Shown here piece after piece: positions 44,706 to 54,970 of a DNA stretch of 64,000 bases (within the stretch, counting starts at the first letter, position 1; each line of letters opens with the position of its first letter). The position numbers and the translations under genes were made by a program. The stretch is taken from positions 3,569 to 67,568 of the forward strand of contig CAUQXI010000016.1 in assembly GCA_963522145.1 (NCBI GenBank). Reading direction: 5' to 3'. Under the pieces are notes generated by a model. It was given only the letters and a program-made list of their open reading frames with translations. It was not told the origin of the DNA and did no database searches. The stretch comes from an uncultured Mesorhizobium sp. Its GTDB lineage: Bacteria > Pseudomonadota > Alphaproteobacteria > Rhizobiales > Rhizobiaceae.

Positions 44706-45191
44706 TCAGCTATAGGGCGAGTAGCACTGCTGACGCGGGCCGCCATAAGGCTGGAACGAGTTGTCGTAGGCGCGGTAAGACCGGTAGCGGTTGTAGCACC
44801 ACTCGACATGGCCGCGGCTCAGGCCGTAGTCGCGATAGACCGGCCGCGGTCGCGCGTATCGATAGTCCGGCTCGTAGTACGGCCGTGCAGCGAGGGCACC
44901 AAGGACTCCGATGCCGACGCCCAGCCCCAGCGCGGCACCCGCACGATCACGATAGTGATGGCGACGATAATGACGGCCATAGTTGTGGCGACCATAGTAA
45001 TTGCCGCGATGCTTCCAGCCCTTGTAATCAATATTCACGATGCTCTCGGAGGCGGCGGGAACACTTGGCTGCGCGATCGGAGCGATAGGAGCAGCGGCCG
45101 CGGGCGTAACCAGAGCCGGTACCGCCGTTGCGACGGAAAGCCCGAGGGCCAGCGCGGCACGTCGGGCAGAGGCGAAAATACTCGGTTTCAT
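44706..45191 (-). CDS. BA14K-family exported protein
   Basis: Signal peptide; H/R/Y-rich stretch; [19 protein letters not shown]...[11 protein letters not shown]. Confidence 0.88.
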   Translation of the reverse strand: MKPSIFASARRAALALGLSVATAVPALVTPAAAAPIAPIAQPSVPAASESIVNIDYKGWKHRGNYYGRHNYGRHYRRHHYRDRAGAALGLGVGIGVLGALAARPYYEPDYRYARPRPVYRDYGLSRGHVEWCYNRYRSYRAYDNSFQPYGGPRQQCYSPYS

Positions 45192-45268
45192 GTCTTGATC
45201 TCCGTAAAGGCGAAACCCGCTCCGGCAGCGGGCGGGTTCGGATGATGCATTCGTGACCCTTCGGCCAT

Positions 45269-45294
45269 GAACGGGGCGTGAACGGATTCGTTCC
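45269..45294 (-). promoter_or_regulatory. EcfG-type promoter of BA14K overlapped by a TGAACGG direct repeat
   Basis: GGAAC-gaatccgttcacgccc(16)-CGTT on the minus strand; GAAC-N7-GAAC at 45269-45283. Confidence 0.6.
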
Positions 45295-45366
45295 CGCCCG
45301 AGACCTGCCCGCAGCGGTGCCATTGTCCTTGCCAAAGCCTTGCCTGCCAAGGCAAAGCTTGCGGCG

Positions 45367-46488
45367 ATGTCCTTCCGCCTTGCCACCTTCAACGTCGAAA
45401 ACCTTCTGCGGCGCTTCGACTTCTCGGGCTATCGCAATCGCCTCAACGCCGATCGCGTCCTTTCGCTCTATGCCGTTGAAAATGAGACGCAGTATCAAGC
45501 CCTTGAACAGGCACGCGCGATTGCGGAAACCGACGATACGAGGCAGCTCACCGCGCTCGCGATCGCTGCCACACGCGCCGACATCATCTGCCTTCAGGAA
45601 GTCGATGACCTTGACGGGCTGAACGCCTTTGAACGCGGTTACCTGTTCAAGATGATAGGGGAGGGCTACCGACACAAGTTCGTGAGCCAGGGCAATGACA
45701 TCCGCGGCATCGATGTCGGGCTCATGCTGCGCGACCAGACCGCTGGCGGGGAGACTATGGAAGTCTCCGGCATCAAGAGCCACGCCCATCTGACTTTTGG
45801 CGATCTTGGCCTCGTGACTCAGGAGCTGCTTGACCGCGGGCACGAAGCTGACGAGCGGATCTTCCGGCGTGACTGCCTCGAGGTCGAACTGCGGATCGGC
45901 GGCAGGCCGCTCACTCTCTTCATCGTGCATCTGAAATCGATGACCGGCGGACGTGGCCCGACTCCAGGACGGGAAGCGTCCATGCCGCTTCGGGAGGCGG
46001 AAGCCCGCGCGGTGCGGCGGATCGTGCAGGATCGGTTCGGTGACGATGTTCGCCGGGCTGCCTGGGCGATCTGCGGAGACTTCAACGATTACCGCGAGCG
46101 CGTCATGGTCGGCGGCGACGAGGATCGCGGCTGGACCTTCACCCCGGTCGGCGAGGAGCGCTCGGCGCTCGACATTCTCCTTGCCGATGCCTTCGCGGTC
46201 GACCCGATGGAGCAGCGGCCGGCGCTCGACCGATGGACGCTCTTCCATACACGGGGGCCACGGGATCGGCATCTCTGCCAACTCGACTATCTGCTGCTTT
46301 CTCCGGCTCTGGCGGCGGCGAACCCGCATTCCGTGCCAGACGTCATTCGTCGCGGGCAGCCTTGGCGTACCGTGTTCCCGCCAGGTCAGGCAGTGGAGCG
46401 GTTTCCCCGCACCGGCTGGGACCGGCCAAAAGCATCCGATCATTGTCCGGTTGCCATCACGCTGGATCTGCCGGGAGAGGGCGTATGA
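45367..46488 (+). CDS. Endonuclease/exonuclease/phosphatase (EEP) family protein
   Basis: [32 protein letters not shown]. Confidence 0.88.
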   Translation: MSFRLATFNVENLLRRFDFSGYRNRLNADRVLSLYAVENETQYQALEQARAIAETDDTRQLTALAIAATRADIICLQEVDDLDGLNAFERGYLFKMIGEGYRHKFVSQGNDIRGIDVGLMLRDQTAGGETMEVSGIKSHAHLTFGDLGLVTQELLDRGHEADERIFRRDCLEVELRIGGRPLTLFIVHLKSMTGGRGPTPGREASMPLREAEARAVRRIVQDRFGDDVRRAAWAICGDFNDYRERVMVGGDEDRGWTFTPVGEERSALDILLADAFAVDPMEQRPALDRWTLFHTRGPRDRHLCQLDYLLLSPALAAANPHSVPDVIRRGQPWRTVFPPGQAVERFPRTGWDRPKASDHCPVAITLDLPGEGV

Positions 46489-47216
46489 GCTTCACTATTC
46501 CCCGCCGGCGGGTTCTGCCGGTGGAGCGGATCGATGTCCGGCTGGAGGACGGCCCGCATCCGTTCGAGCGCGGTCGCGCTGACGCCATCGCCGCAAACTG
46601 GACGCGCGAGAAGAAGGAGAAGCCCGCGCTGTTTGACGGCCAACTGGTTCTCCTGTCCACACTCGACTACCGCGACGGGCTGCTCTCGGGCCGTTGCCAC
46701 ATGGTGCGCTATTCGACGTTCCTGCTTTGGCGGCGCATGCGCCCGACCCCCGATGCCGAGCATTGCTTTGCACACGCCATGCCGGTGACGAGCGATGGCG
46801 CGCTGCTCGCGATCCGCATGGCAGCGCATACGGTGAATGCGGGCCGCGTCTACTTCGCGGCGGGATCCTTCGAGCCGATCGACTTCCGTGATCGGGTTGT
46901 CGATGCGCCATTCAACATGGCGCGCGAGTTGCGCGAGGAGACCGGGCTCGACATCAGCGGCCTCGCCGTCGATCCGACCTATCACTGCTACAGCGACGAA
47001 AACGGCACGGCGATCTTTCGCCGCTGCTATCTGCCCGAAACGGCGGACATCATCGAAGGACGCGTGGAAGCGTTCGTGGCCTCAGACCCGGAGCCGGAGA
47101 TCGCCGCGCCCGTCCTGATCCGGAACAGAGGCGACCGGCCGGAGGGCTTGATGCCCCACATGCCGCCATTGATCGCGTGGCACTTCGCGACACCGGAAGG
47201 GTCGCAGCGCGATTAG
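46485..47216 (+). CDS. Nudix-fold hydrolase
   Basis: G...(spacer)..ARELREETGL Nudix box; ATGA-coupled to the EEP gene. Confidence 0.75.
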   Translation: MSFTIPRRRVLPVERIDVRLEDGPHPFERGRADAIAANWTREKKEKPALFDGQLVLLSTLDYRDGLLSGRCHMVRYSTFLLWRRMRPTPDAEHCFAHAMPVTSDGALLAIRMAAHTVNAGRVYFAAGSFEPIDFRDRVVDAPFNMARELREETGLDISGLAVDPTYHCYSDENGTAIFRRCYLPETADIIEGRVEAFVASDPEPEIAAPVLIRNRGDRPEGLMPHMPPLIAWHFATPEGSQRD

Positions 47217-47240
47217 TGCTGCCTTGAGTTGGCGCGGGGC

Positions 47241-47269
47241 TGGACAGCCCGCGGGCGTGTGGCTATATC
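47241..47269 (+). promoter_or_regulatory. Sigma70-like promoter of tRNA-Lys
   Basis: TGGACA-N17-TATATC. Confidence 0.55.
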
Positions 47270-47301
47270 CGCGCCCGACGCTGCCTTCGGGCAATGTCCG
47301 T

Positions 47302-47377
<76 letters not shown>

Positions 47378-47534
47378 TCGGCTTCCCCTGCTTATCTTCT
47401 GCATCGTCTCGACGGCGTATCGCGCTTCGGTATTTTCCTTCTTCTTCGAAGGGCTCAGGACGGGTTGCTGGCGAATGCCGGATCGGCTACCGCCGCTTGC
47501 GTCAACGCCATGTAACTCGCTGAAGGGCTGCCTC

Positions 47535-47777
47535 TTGAAACGTCTCCTCCCGATACTCGTCACGATCGTTGTCGCAATCGTCGTCACGTTTGGCTGGAAG
47601 TGGTACGCCTATGTCACGAACACGGAGTCGCCGTATGACGAGGTCGGTATCGAGGTGAATTCCCGTCTGCCGGGGCCGCTCAACAAATGGGGCTGTGATC
47701 GGCTGCATGAAACGTTTCCAGGCGCGGTTCCTCCCTATGGATGCCAGGCGTTCGACGGGAGCGGCGGCTGGCGTTGA
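47535..47777 (+). CDS. Small membrane-anchored hypothetical protein (80 aa)
   Basis: TTG start after gaaggg; N-terminal TM; SPYDEVGI..N, WGC and PPYGC with two Cys. Confidence 0.7.
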   Translation: MKRLLPILVTIVVAIVVTFGWKWYAYVTNTESPYDEVGIEVNSRLPGPLNKWGCDRLHETFPGAVPPYGCQAFDGSGGWR

Positions 47778-47905
47778 GCTTGGGATGGTGTCCGCGCATC
47801 TGTGAAGGCGCGATCGGACGTCAGCGGTGCGCAGACCTGACGTGATGTTCCTTCCAGTCCGTATGCTTGCCGTTTACGCTCCGTCACAGAAGCGCACCTC
47901 GTCTC

Positions 47906-47931
47906 GGAACGATCCTCCCGCATCTTGAGTT
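47906..47931 (+). promoter_or_regulatory. EcfG-type promoter of the SDR gene
   Basis: GGAAC-N17-AGTT. Confidence 0.55.
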
Positions 47932-47964
47932 TTGCCCGCAGGATTTTACCGACGGAGCAGCATC

Positions 47965-48804
47965 ATGTCCCAGCCCGAGCAGCAGCAGAACCCGCCCGGC
48001 ACCACGAGCGAGATGAGGCCCAAGCCGGATCACGGCGAGACGAGCTACAAGGGCTCGAACAAGCTCGAAGGCAAGGTGGCGGTGATCACCGGCGGAGACA
48101 GCGGCATCGGACGCGCCGTTGCGATTGCGTTTGCCCGCGAGGGTGCGGACCTCCTGATCAGCTATCTCGAAGAACACGAAGACGCGCAGGATACGGCGAA
48201 GCTCGTGGAAGAGGCCGGCCGGCGATGCGTGCTGATGCCCGGCGAGCTTTCCGACCCTGAGCATTGCCGCGCCATTGTCAGGCGTGCAGTGGACGAGTTC
48301 GGGCGGATCGATGTGCTTGTCAATAATGCGGCCTATCAGATGAGCCACGAGCAGATCGAGGATATTCCCGACGAAGAGTGGGACTACACTTTCGCGGTCA
48401 ACATTTCCGCGATGTTCCACATCTGCAAGGCGGCAGTGCCGCATATGAAGAAGGGCGGCTCGATCATCAATACGAGCTCGGTGAACTCCGACAAGCCGCG
48501 GCCTACGCTGCTGGCCTATGCGACGACGAAGGGTGCGATCGCGAACTTTTCGGCCGGCCTCGCGCAGATGCTCGGCGAGCGCGGCATCCGCGTGAACTCT
48601 GTCGCGCCCGGTCCGATCTGGACGCCGCTGATCCCTTCCACCATGCCGGCGGAGGAGGTGGCGTCCTTCGGCGACAACGCGCCGCTCGGCCGTCCCGGCC
48701 AGCCGGCAGAGCTCGCCGGCATCTATGTGCTGCTCGCGTCGGGCGAGGGCAGCTATATGAGTGGCGGACGCTACGCGGTGACCGGCGGAACGCCGATCCT
48801 CTAG
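47965..48804 (+). CDS. SDR oxidoreductase, YghA/YhxC general-stress type
   Basis: PDHGE.SYKGS.KL, TGGDSGIGRA, NNA, YATTK, APGPIWTPL. Confidence 0.92.
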   Translation: MSQPEQQQNPPGTTSEMRPKPDHGETSYKGSNKLEGKVAVITGGDSGIGRAVAIAFAREGADLLISYLEEHEDAQDTAKLVEEAGRRCVLMPGELSDPEHCRAIVRRAVDEFGRIDVLVNNAAYQMSHEQIEDIPDEEWDYTFAVNISAMFHICKAAVPHMKKGGSIINTSSVNSDKPRPTLLAYATTKGAIANFSAGLAQMLGERGIRVNSVAPGPIWTPLIPSTMPAEEVASFGDNAPLGRPGQPAELAGIYVLLASGEGSYMSGGRYAVTGGTPIL

Positions 48805-48904
48805 AAGCAGCAGGGTTTCAGGCGTTATCCAGCGCTTTCTTGCGGTGGGACCGGTGCAAATCGGCTGGTCCCACTTGCTTCGCAGCAACTGTCGTCCACA
48901 TTCT

Positions 48905-48919
48905 GTTCCCTGAATGTTT
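48905..48919 (+). promoter_or_regulatory. LexA-type box
   Basis: GTTC-cctgaat-GTTT (one mismatch to GTTC-N7-GTTC), 21 bp upstream of the ATG. Confidence 0.55.
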
Positions 48920-48940
48920 ACATTGAAGGGAGCTTGAACG

Positions 48941-49363
48941 ATGGCGACCTTGAAGGAATTCGAAGAAGCTCTTCGCGAGCAGGGCATGCGTCACGCGCTC
49001 GCCATCCTGGAGCGTCTCCGCGAACGCGACCGCGCGACGCGAAAGGTTGCGCCCGCGCGCCGGGTCACCGGACGCAAGATGACGCCCGATGTGGCCCGCC
49101 ACATCCTGGAACTGCATGAAACCACGAAGATGACGCAGCAGGAGATCGCCTTCAAGCTCGGCGTCAATCAGGGGCGGGTCAACGAGGTAATCAAGCGCGG
49201 CAAGTGGCTGACGGACGATCCCGTAGCGCCGGAAGCAGTGACGCGCGACAAGGCAGTGAAACGCATCCGCCAGGCGCCTGACGACGCGGCAAAAGCGACG
49301 CCCACGCGGCCCCGCGCGCGTCCACGCAAGGAGCCGCCGCAACTGACCTTTGGCGAGTTCTGA
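48941..49363 (+). CDS. Uncharacterised HTH protein with C-terminal QLTF motif
   Basis: HTH MTQQEIAFKLGVNQGRVNEVI; RBS agggag; ends PPQLTFGEF. Confidence 0.8.
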   Translation: MATLKEFEEALREQGMRHALAILERLRERDRATRKVAPARRVTGRKMTPDVARHILELHETTKMTQQEIAFKLGVNQGRVNEVIKRGKWLTDDPVAPEAVTRDKAVKRIRQAPDDAAKATPTRPRARPRKEPPQLTFGEF

Positions 49364-49393
49364 GACTCCTCGCCGGGGCTCTCACTTCGGCAT

Positions 49394-50737
49394 TCAGATC
49401 CCCGAGAGGAAATCGACGAGCAGCTTCACGTTGAGGGCGGCGATCAGGATCGCGATGGCATAGGCGAAGACGACCAGCCAGCGCGGAGCGACGAGTTCGC
49501 CCATCTTGGCTTTGTCGGCCGTGAACATCACGAGCGGGAATACGGCGAAGGAAAGCTGGAGGCTCAGCACCACCTGCGTGAGGATCAAGAGCTCGGAGGT
49601 TCCTGCCTCGCCGTACCAGATCGTGACGCCGGCGGCGGGCACAATGGCGATGACGCGAGTGATCAGGCGGCGCAGCCAGGGCGCCAGCCGGATGTGGAGG
49701 AAGCCTTCCATGACGATCTGGCCCGCCAGCGTGGCCGTGACCGTGGAGTTGAGGCCGCAGCACAGCAGCGCAATGCCAAATAGAGTGGGTGCGATCGCAA
49801 GACCGAGGATCGGCGCGAGCAGCGTGTGAGCCTCGCCGAGCTCGGCGACCTCCGTCTGCCCGGTCGCATGGAAGGCGGCTGCGGCGAGGATGAGGATCGA
49901 GGCGTTCACGAGGAGCGCGAAGGTCAGCGCCACGGTGGAATCAATCGTCGCAAAGCGCAGCGCCTCGCGGCGCTCGGGCAAGGAATGGCCGTAGTCGCGC
50001 GTCTGCACGAGCCCCGAGTGAAGGTAGAGGTTGTGGGGCATGACCGTGGCACCGAGAATGCCCAGTGCGAGGTAGAGCATCTCCGGATTGGTCACGATCT
50101 CGGTTGTGGGCGCGAAGCCGCGGATTACATCGCCCCAGTCGGGGTCGGCCAATGCGATCTGGACCACGAAGCACAGCGCGATCACCGCGAGCAGCGCGAT
50201 CACGAGAGCTTCCACCCAGCGGAAGCCGAGGCGCTGGAGATAAAGGATCAGGAACACGTCCAGCGCCGTCACGACCACGCCAATCTCGAGCGGCAGGCCG
50301 AAGATCAGGTTGAGGCCGATCGCTGTTCCAATGACCTCAGCGATGTCGGTCGCGATGATCGCCGTTTCGGCGAGCAGCCAGAGCACGAAGGAAACGGCGC
50401 GGGGATAGGCATCGCGGCAGGCCTGCGCCAGGTCGCGGCCGCTGGAGATTGCAAGCCGGGCGCAGAGCGACTGCAGCACGATCGCCATGATGTTCGACAC
50501 GAGGGCGACGACCAGAAGCGTGTAGCCGAAACGCGAGCCGCCTGCGAGCGAGGTCGCCCAGTTGCCCGGATCCATGTAGCCGACGGCAACGAGATAGCCC
50601 GGTCCGAAGAATGCCGCCGCGCGTTTCCAGACGGATGCGTGGGAGCCGACCCTGATCGTGCGATGCACATCGGCAAGCGAGGCGTCGCCGCGTTCGTGCC
50701 GCCAGCCGCTTTCGGTCCGATCCTCGAAGAGCTTCAT
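49394..50737 (-). CDS. mntH: Nramp-family Mn2+ transporter
   Basis: [30 protein letters not shown]. Confidence 0.95.
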   Translation of the reverse strand: MKLFEDRTESGWRHERGDASLADVHRTIRVGSHASVWKRAAAFFGPGYLVAVGYMDPGNWATSLAGGSRFGYTLLVVALVSNIMAIVLQSLCARLAISSGRDLAQACRDAYPRAVSFVLWLLAETAIIATDIAEVIGTAIGLNLIFGLPLEIGVVVTALDVFLILYLQRLGFRWVEALVIALLAVIALCFVVQIALADPDWGDVIRGFAPTTEIVTNPEMLYLALGILGATVMPHNLYLHSGLVQTRDYGHSLPERREALRFATIDSTVALTFALLVNASILILAAAAFHATGQTEVAELGEAHTLLAPILGLAIAPTLFGIALLCCGLNSTVTATLAGQIVMEGFLHIRLAPWLRRLITRVIAIVPAAGVTIWYGEAGTSELLILTQVVLSLQLSFAVFPLVMFTADKAKMGELVAPRWLVVFAYAIAILIAALNVKLLVDFLSGI

Positions 50738-50754
50738 GATCACACCTAGTCGCA

Positions 50755-50773
50755 AATGCAAATCATTTGCAAC
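50755..50773. promoter_or_regulatory. Mur (Mn-responsive Fur family) box
   Basis: Perfect 7-1-7 palindrome TGCAAAT-C-ATTTGCA, about 20 bp upstream of mntH. Confidence 0.78.
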
Positions 50774-51053
50774 TGAATAATGATGCTGACCTCGATCGGT
50801 GGGAAGCGGCCGGTGGAGGCAAGTTCGAACGGCTCATAATGCCGCTCCGTGTCTGTGGGCGGTGGGAAGATCCATGCCGAGGCTCGTTTCTTGAATAAAT
50901 CGCGCTCAGCGGTCGCGCCGGCCCTCATTGAGGGGAGGGAGGATCGGTCAGGCTTCCACGTTCGAGAACGAAGCCCGCGTGACGCAGATCAGGTGGGGGC
51001 AGCGCTCCCGTCACGGCCTCCATCAACCCGGCGGCGTTGATGCCGCAACACTG

Positions 51054-52154
51054 TCAGGGAAGATCGTCAGCGCTGCGCGGCTCGTGGATCGGGCAATGAT
51101 TGTGGCTGGCGCGAAAGGCGGCCGACATCTCATAGGCCGACTTGCGCAGCCGCATGATCGAGCCGAGCGGCTGGTGCGCCGTGATGCCGTGCCAGGGGCT
51201 GAAGGCGCGGCCGTCATCCACCTTGCGAGCGCGGTCCTCGTTCCAGGCCGGCTGCGGCTCAACCACGATACGGGCGACCGGGCGAAACGGGCTTTGATCT
51301 TCCGGCCAAACCACCGATGCATCCTCGATCGGCATGGTTTCGAGATCGGTGCAGAGCTGCACGCAAACTTCCCATTCGCCGCCGTGCTCGGCGAAGAAGC
51401 CGTTGATCTCCTCGCGCAACGCATTCGGACGGCCGCTGAGTGCGATGGGCTTGTCGGTCAATGCCGTCAGTTCGGGCGAGACGGGCGCGACGGACAGCTT
51501 CGCCACATAGTCGCCGTAGCGGATCGGCACCTGCGTGAAGAAAGTCTCGCCCAGTGGATGGGTGGCGGGATGGCCGCCGAGCTGCTTCAGCGTGGCGCTT
51601 TCACTGCCCGCTGCCTCCACAACCGCTTCAAGCCCGCGAAGCGCGAGAGACGCCGCCTTCTTCAGGATTTGCGGCTTGTCGGTGGTGGCTGCGAGCATCT
51701 TCAGGTTGGCAAGGAATGCCTTGCCTGTTCCGACGGAGAACGCCGGACCGTTGACCATCACGAAGTCCTGCGTGGTGTGGCCCTCCGAGCCCGGCAGACG
51801 CTCGCCTTCGACGCCGACGATCTTGAGCGCGAGCCCGCGCGGCACGGAGACGCTGTCGTCCAGAAGGTCGCCCGGATTGGTGGAAAGCCGCATCAGCACG
51901 GGAAAGCTGCCGGTGCGCGCGAACACACCCTGCGCAAGTTCCGGCGGAAGGTTCGGCAGCACGGTCATTCGGCCGGTCAGCAGCCCATGGCTTTTCGCGT
52001 GAACGCTGCGAAGCCCGTGATGCTCGTCCTTCCAGGTCGTTTCGCTGATCTCCAGCAGGGTCTTGTTCAGTTCCGCCGCCGTTTCGGCCTCGTCAGCCTC
52101 CGGCTTTTCGAGCGACGGAGAGTAACGAACCGGCTGGAAGGAAGCGGACGGCAT
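51054..52154 (-). CDS. Catalase-related heme protein (short catalase-like family)
   Basis: Distal RSVHAKSHG, RLS, DFVMVN, FSPWH, proximal RKSAY; RBS ggag. Confidence 0.85.
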   Translation of the reverse strand: MPSASFQPVRYSPSLEKPEADEAETAAELNKTLLEISETTWKDEHHGLRSVHAKSHGLLTGRMTVLPNLPPELAQGVFARTGSFPVLMRLSTNPGDLLDDSVSVPRGLALKIVGVEGERLPGSEGHTTQDFVMVNGPAFSVGTGKAFLANLKMLAATTDKPQILKKAASLALRGLEAVVEAAGSESATLKQLGGHPATHPLGETFFTQVPIRYGDYVAKLSVAPVSPELTALTDKPIALSGRPNALREEINGFFAEHGGEWEVCVQLCTDLETMPIEDASVVWPEDQSPFRPVARIVVEPQPAWNEDRARKVDDGRAFSPWHGITAHQPLGSIMRLRKSAYEMSAAFRASHNHCPIHEPRSADDLP

Positions 52155-52201
52155 GGCTTTGGCTCCAAAGGTGGGCAGGGATCGTGGCTCTCGCGTCATG
52201 A

Positions 52202-52272
52202 GACGCAGGTGCTGGGAACGGGTTCCGTGGTGCGTCGGGCGTTTTGCGGAACGGCACCGGCCGCGCATCGTT
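52202..52272. promoter_or_regulatory. Back-to-back EcfG-type promoters
   Basis: Plus strand GGAAC-N16-CGTT (52248-52272); minus strand GGAAC-N16-CGTC (52226-52202). Confidence 0.65.
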
Positions 52273-52306
52273 TCGCTCGCGCCAGCAGACGCAAGAGGAA
52301 CGATCC

Positions 52307-54103
52307 ATGACCCAGACGGTCGCCGACTTCATTTGGAATCGCCTGGGCGAGTGGGGCGTCAAGCGCGTGTTCGGCTATCCCGGCGACGGAATCGGCGGTT
52401 TGATCGGCGCGCTCGCCCGCATGGAAGGCGCGATCGACTTCGTGCAGGTGCGTCACGAGGAAATGGCCGGACTGATGGCGACGGCGACCGCGAAGTTTAC
52501 AGGCGAAGTGGGCGTTTGCATCGCCACATCCGGGCCGGGCGCGATCCACCTGCTCAACGGCCTTTACGACGCCAAGGGTGATCATCAGCCGGTGCTCGCG
52601 CTAGTCGGGCAGCAGGCGCGCACCGCGATCGGCTCGCATTACCAGCAGGACAACGACCTGCAATCGCTCTTTAAGGACGTGGCCGGCGCCTATGTGCAGA
52701 CGGCTTCGACCGCGGCGCAGGTGCCCCACCTGATCGACCGCGCTTATCGCATCGCCAAGGCGGAGCGGCGCGTCACCTGCGTGATCCTGCCCAACGACCT
52801 GCAGACCGAAAGCATGGAGCAGCCGGGCCGGGTGCATGGCATGACGCATTCGGGCGTCGGGCTCGACGCCGCACCGCGCGTGCCTGACGAGGATGCGCTG
52901 CGCCGCGCGGCAGATGCGCTGAACGCGGGCGAGAGACTGGCGATGCTCGTCGGCGCCGGCGCGATCGGTGCGACAGAAGAGATCGTCGCGGTCGCGGAGC
53001 GTCTCGGCGCGGGTGTCGCCAAGGCGCTGCTCGGCAAGGCGGCGCTTTCAGACAGCCACGCCTTCTGCACCGGCTCGATCGGCCTGCTGGGCACGGAAGC
53101 AAGCTGGAAGCTCATGCAGGAGTGCGACACGCTGCTGATGGTGGGCTCGGGCTTTCCCTACACGGAGTTCCTTCCGAAGACCGGCCAGGTGCGCGGCGTC
53201 CAGATCGATATCGATGCGGGCATGCTTGGCCTGCGCTACCCGATGGAGGTCAACTTGCTCGGCGACGCGGCCGCAACACTGCGTGCCTTGCTGCCTTTGC
53301 TCGGTGAAAAGCCCGCCACGGATTGGCGCCGCCGGGTGCGTGAGAACGTCCAGGCGAACTGGGAACAGGCGAAGAGCCTCGCCATGGAAGATGCCGATCC
53401 GATCAATCCGCAACGCGTCGCCTATGAGCTTTCCGCGCGCCTGCCTGCGAACGCGGTCGTTGCCGCCGATAGCGGCACGACCTCCGTCTGGTATGCGCGC
53501 AACCTCCGCTTCCAGGCCGGCAATCTTGGTTCGGTGTCCGGCACGCTGGCGACAATGGGCTGCGCGATGCCCTACGCCATCGCCGCCAAATTCGCTTATC
53601 CCGAACGGCCAGCCATTGCGCTGGTGGGCGATGGCGCCATGCAGATGAACGGATTGAACGAGCTGATCACCGTCGCGAAATACTGGAAGCGATGGCGTGA
53701 CCCGCGCCTGGTGGTGATGGTGCTGAACAATCGCGACCTCGCTTATGTGAGCTGGGAGGAGCGGATCCAGGCGGGCGATCCGAAATGGGAGGCGAGCCAG
53801 CAGCTTCCTGACGTGCCTTATGCCGAATTCGCCAAGCTGCTTGGCCTCGGCGGCCTGCGGGTGGAGCGGCCGGAAGATGTCGGCGCGGCGTGGGACGAGG
53901 CGCTTTCCGCCGAGCGGCCCTACGTCCTTGACATGGTGACGGACCCGAATGTGCCGCCCTTGCCGCCGCACATTACGCTGGCGCAGGCCAGGCATTTCGC
54001 CTCGGCGCTGGTTGAAGGCGAGCCGGAGGCGAAAAGCGTCATCGGCAATGCCGCGAAAGGGCTTCTGGCCAAGTTCCTGCCGAAGAAGGATCAGACGACC
54101 TAA
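52307..54103 (+). CDS. Thiamine pyrophosphate enzyme, pyruvate oxidase/PoxB-like
   Basis: FGYPGDGI, VRHEE, TSGPGAIHLLNGLYDA, GDGAMQM...LNN; RBS gagga. Confidence 0.88.
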   Translation: MTQTVADFIWNRLGEWGVKRVFGYPGDGIGGLIGALARMEGAIDFVQVRHEEMAGLMATATAKFTGEVGVCIATSGPGAIHLLNGLYDAKGDHQPVLALVGQQARTAIGSHYQQDNDLQSLFKDVAGAYVQTASTAAQVPHLIDRAYRIAKAERRVTCVILPNDLQTESMEQPGRVHGMTHSGVGLDAAPRVPDEDALRRAADALNAGERLAMLVGAGAIGATEEIVAVAERLGAGVAKALLGKAALSDSHAFCTGSIGLLGTEASWKLMQECDTLLMVGSGFPYTEFLPKTGQVRGVQIDIDAGMLGLRYPMEVNLLGDAAATLRALLPLLGEKPATDWRRRVRENVQANWEQAKSLAMEDADPINPQRVAYELSARLPANAVVAADSGTTSVWYARNLRFQAGNLGSVSGTLATMGCAMPYAIAAKFAYPERPAIALVGDGAMQMNGLNELITVAKYWKRWRDPRLVVMVLNNRDLAYVSWEERIQAGDPKWEASQQLPDVPYAEFAKLLGLGGLRVERPEDVGAAWDEALSAERPYVLDMVTDPNVPPLPPHITLAQARHFASALVEGEPEAKSVIGNAAKGLLAKFLPKKDQTT

Positions 54104-54136
54104 GCTGCGGGTCGTGAGGAAGGCGTGCGCGCGGCG

Positions 54137-54970
54137 TTACCGAAGGTAGTCATTCAGCTTCAACGCCCGGACATCTTCCAGCAGGCGGACAAAGCCGCGC
54201 GCCTGATGCAGCGCGGTCAGTCGCCCCTTTTCGGCCGTCGCCTTCAATGCTTCGCCCACGACGCCATGCGGGTTCAGATCGCCTGCAAGCCAGGCGAATG
54301 CGTGGGTGCCGGTATGGCGCAGGAGCGCAAACTCGCTTTCCGCCTCTGACACGCGCGAACGAAAATCCTCCGCGCGCTCCATATTCACGAGATCGGGCCG
54401 GAAGTGGAGCATCAGGGATGTCTCATAGTCGCCGCCATGGATCCCATGGCGGGCTTCCTCGTCGCTGAACAGCCCGTCCGGCCGGCTGAAGCGGTTCCAG
54501 CTCGTCTTCACGGCCAGCATGTCGAAGCGCTCGCGCAGCTCACGCGCGACGATGCCGAGGATTTCCTCATTGCCGCCATGGCTCGTCACGATCACAAGCT
54601 TGCGCAGTCCCGTGCGCGCCACCGATGCGCCAAGCTCGGTCCATGCGTCGATCAGGGTGGAGGCCGCCAGGGTCAGCGTGCCGGGAACGCGCATGTGCTC
54701 GTTTGACTTGCCGATCGACTGGATCGGAAGAATGCGGAGGTCAAGCGCTTCCGGAAGCTGTTCGATCACCGTGTCCAGCATCCCGGCCATGATCGTCGTG
54801 TCGGTGGAGACCGGGAGATGCGGGCCGTGCTGCTCGATTGCGGCGACCGGCAGCACGGCGATAACCTGGTTTGGGTCGAGGTCAGCAAAGGCGGTGGCGG
54901 GATGGTCGCCCCACCATGATTTCCGGGTCTCGTTCATTCCCGCCTGAGTGCCCCTGCTCGCGTCCGACAT
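54137..54970 (-). CDS. Creatininase-family amidohydrolase
   Basis: EQHGPHLP..TD, SNEH..PGTL, SHGGN, HGG.YETS; start uncertain (54970 or 54937). Confidence 0.88.
   Translation of the reverse strand: MSDASRGTQAGMNETRKSWWGDHPATAFADLDPNQVIAVLPVAAIEQHGPHLPVSTDTTIMAGMLDTVIEQLPEALDLRILPIQSIGKSNEHMRVPGTLTLAASTLIDAWTELGASVARTGLRKLVIVTSHGGNEEILGIVARELRERFDMLAVKTSWNRFSRPDGLFSDEEARHGIHGGDYETSLMLHFRPDLVNMERAEDFRSRVSEAESEFALLRHTGTHAFAWLAGDLNPHGVVGEALKATAEKGRLTALHQARGFVRLLEDVRALKLNDYLR

Noticed and set aside
50774..51053. Possible riboswitch in the mntH-catalase spacer (cggtgggaag twice)
   Set aside because: No full cobalamin or yybP-ykoY consensus is recognisable, and the Mur box already accounts for mntH control.
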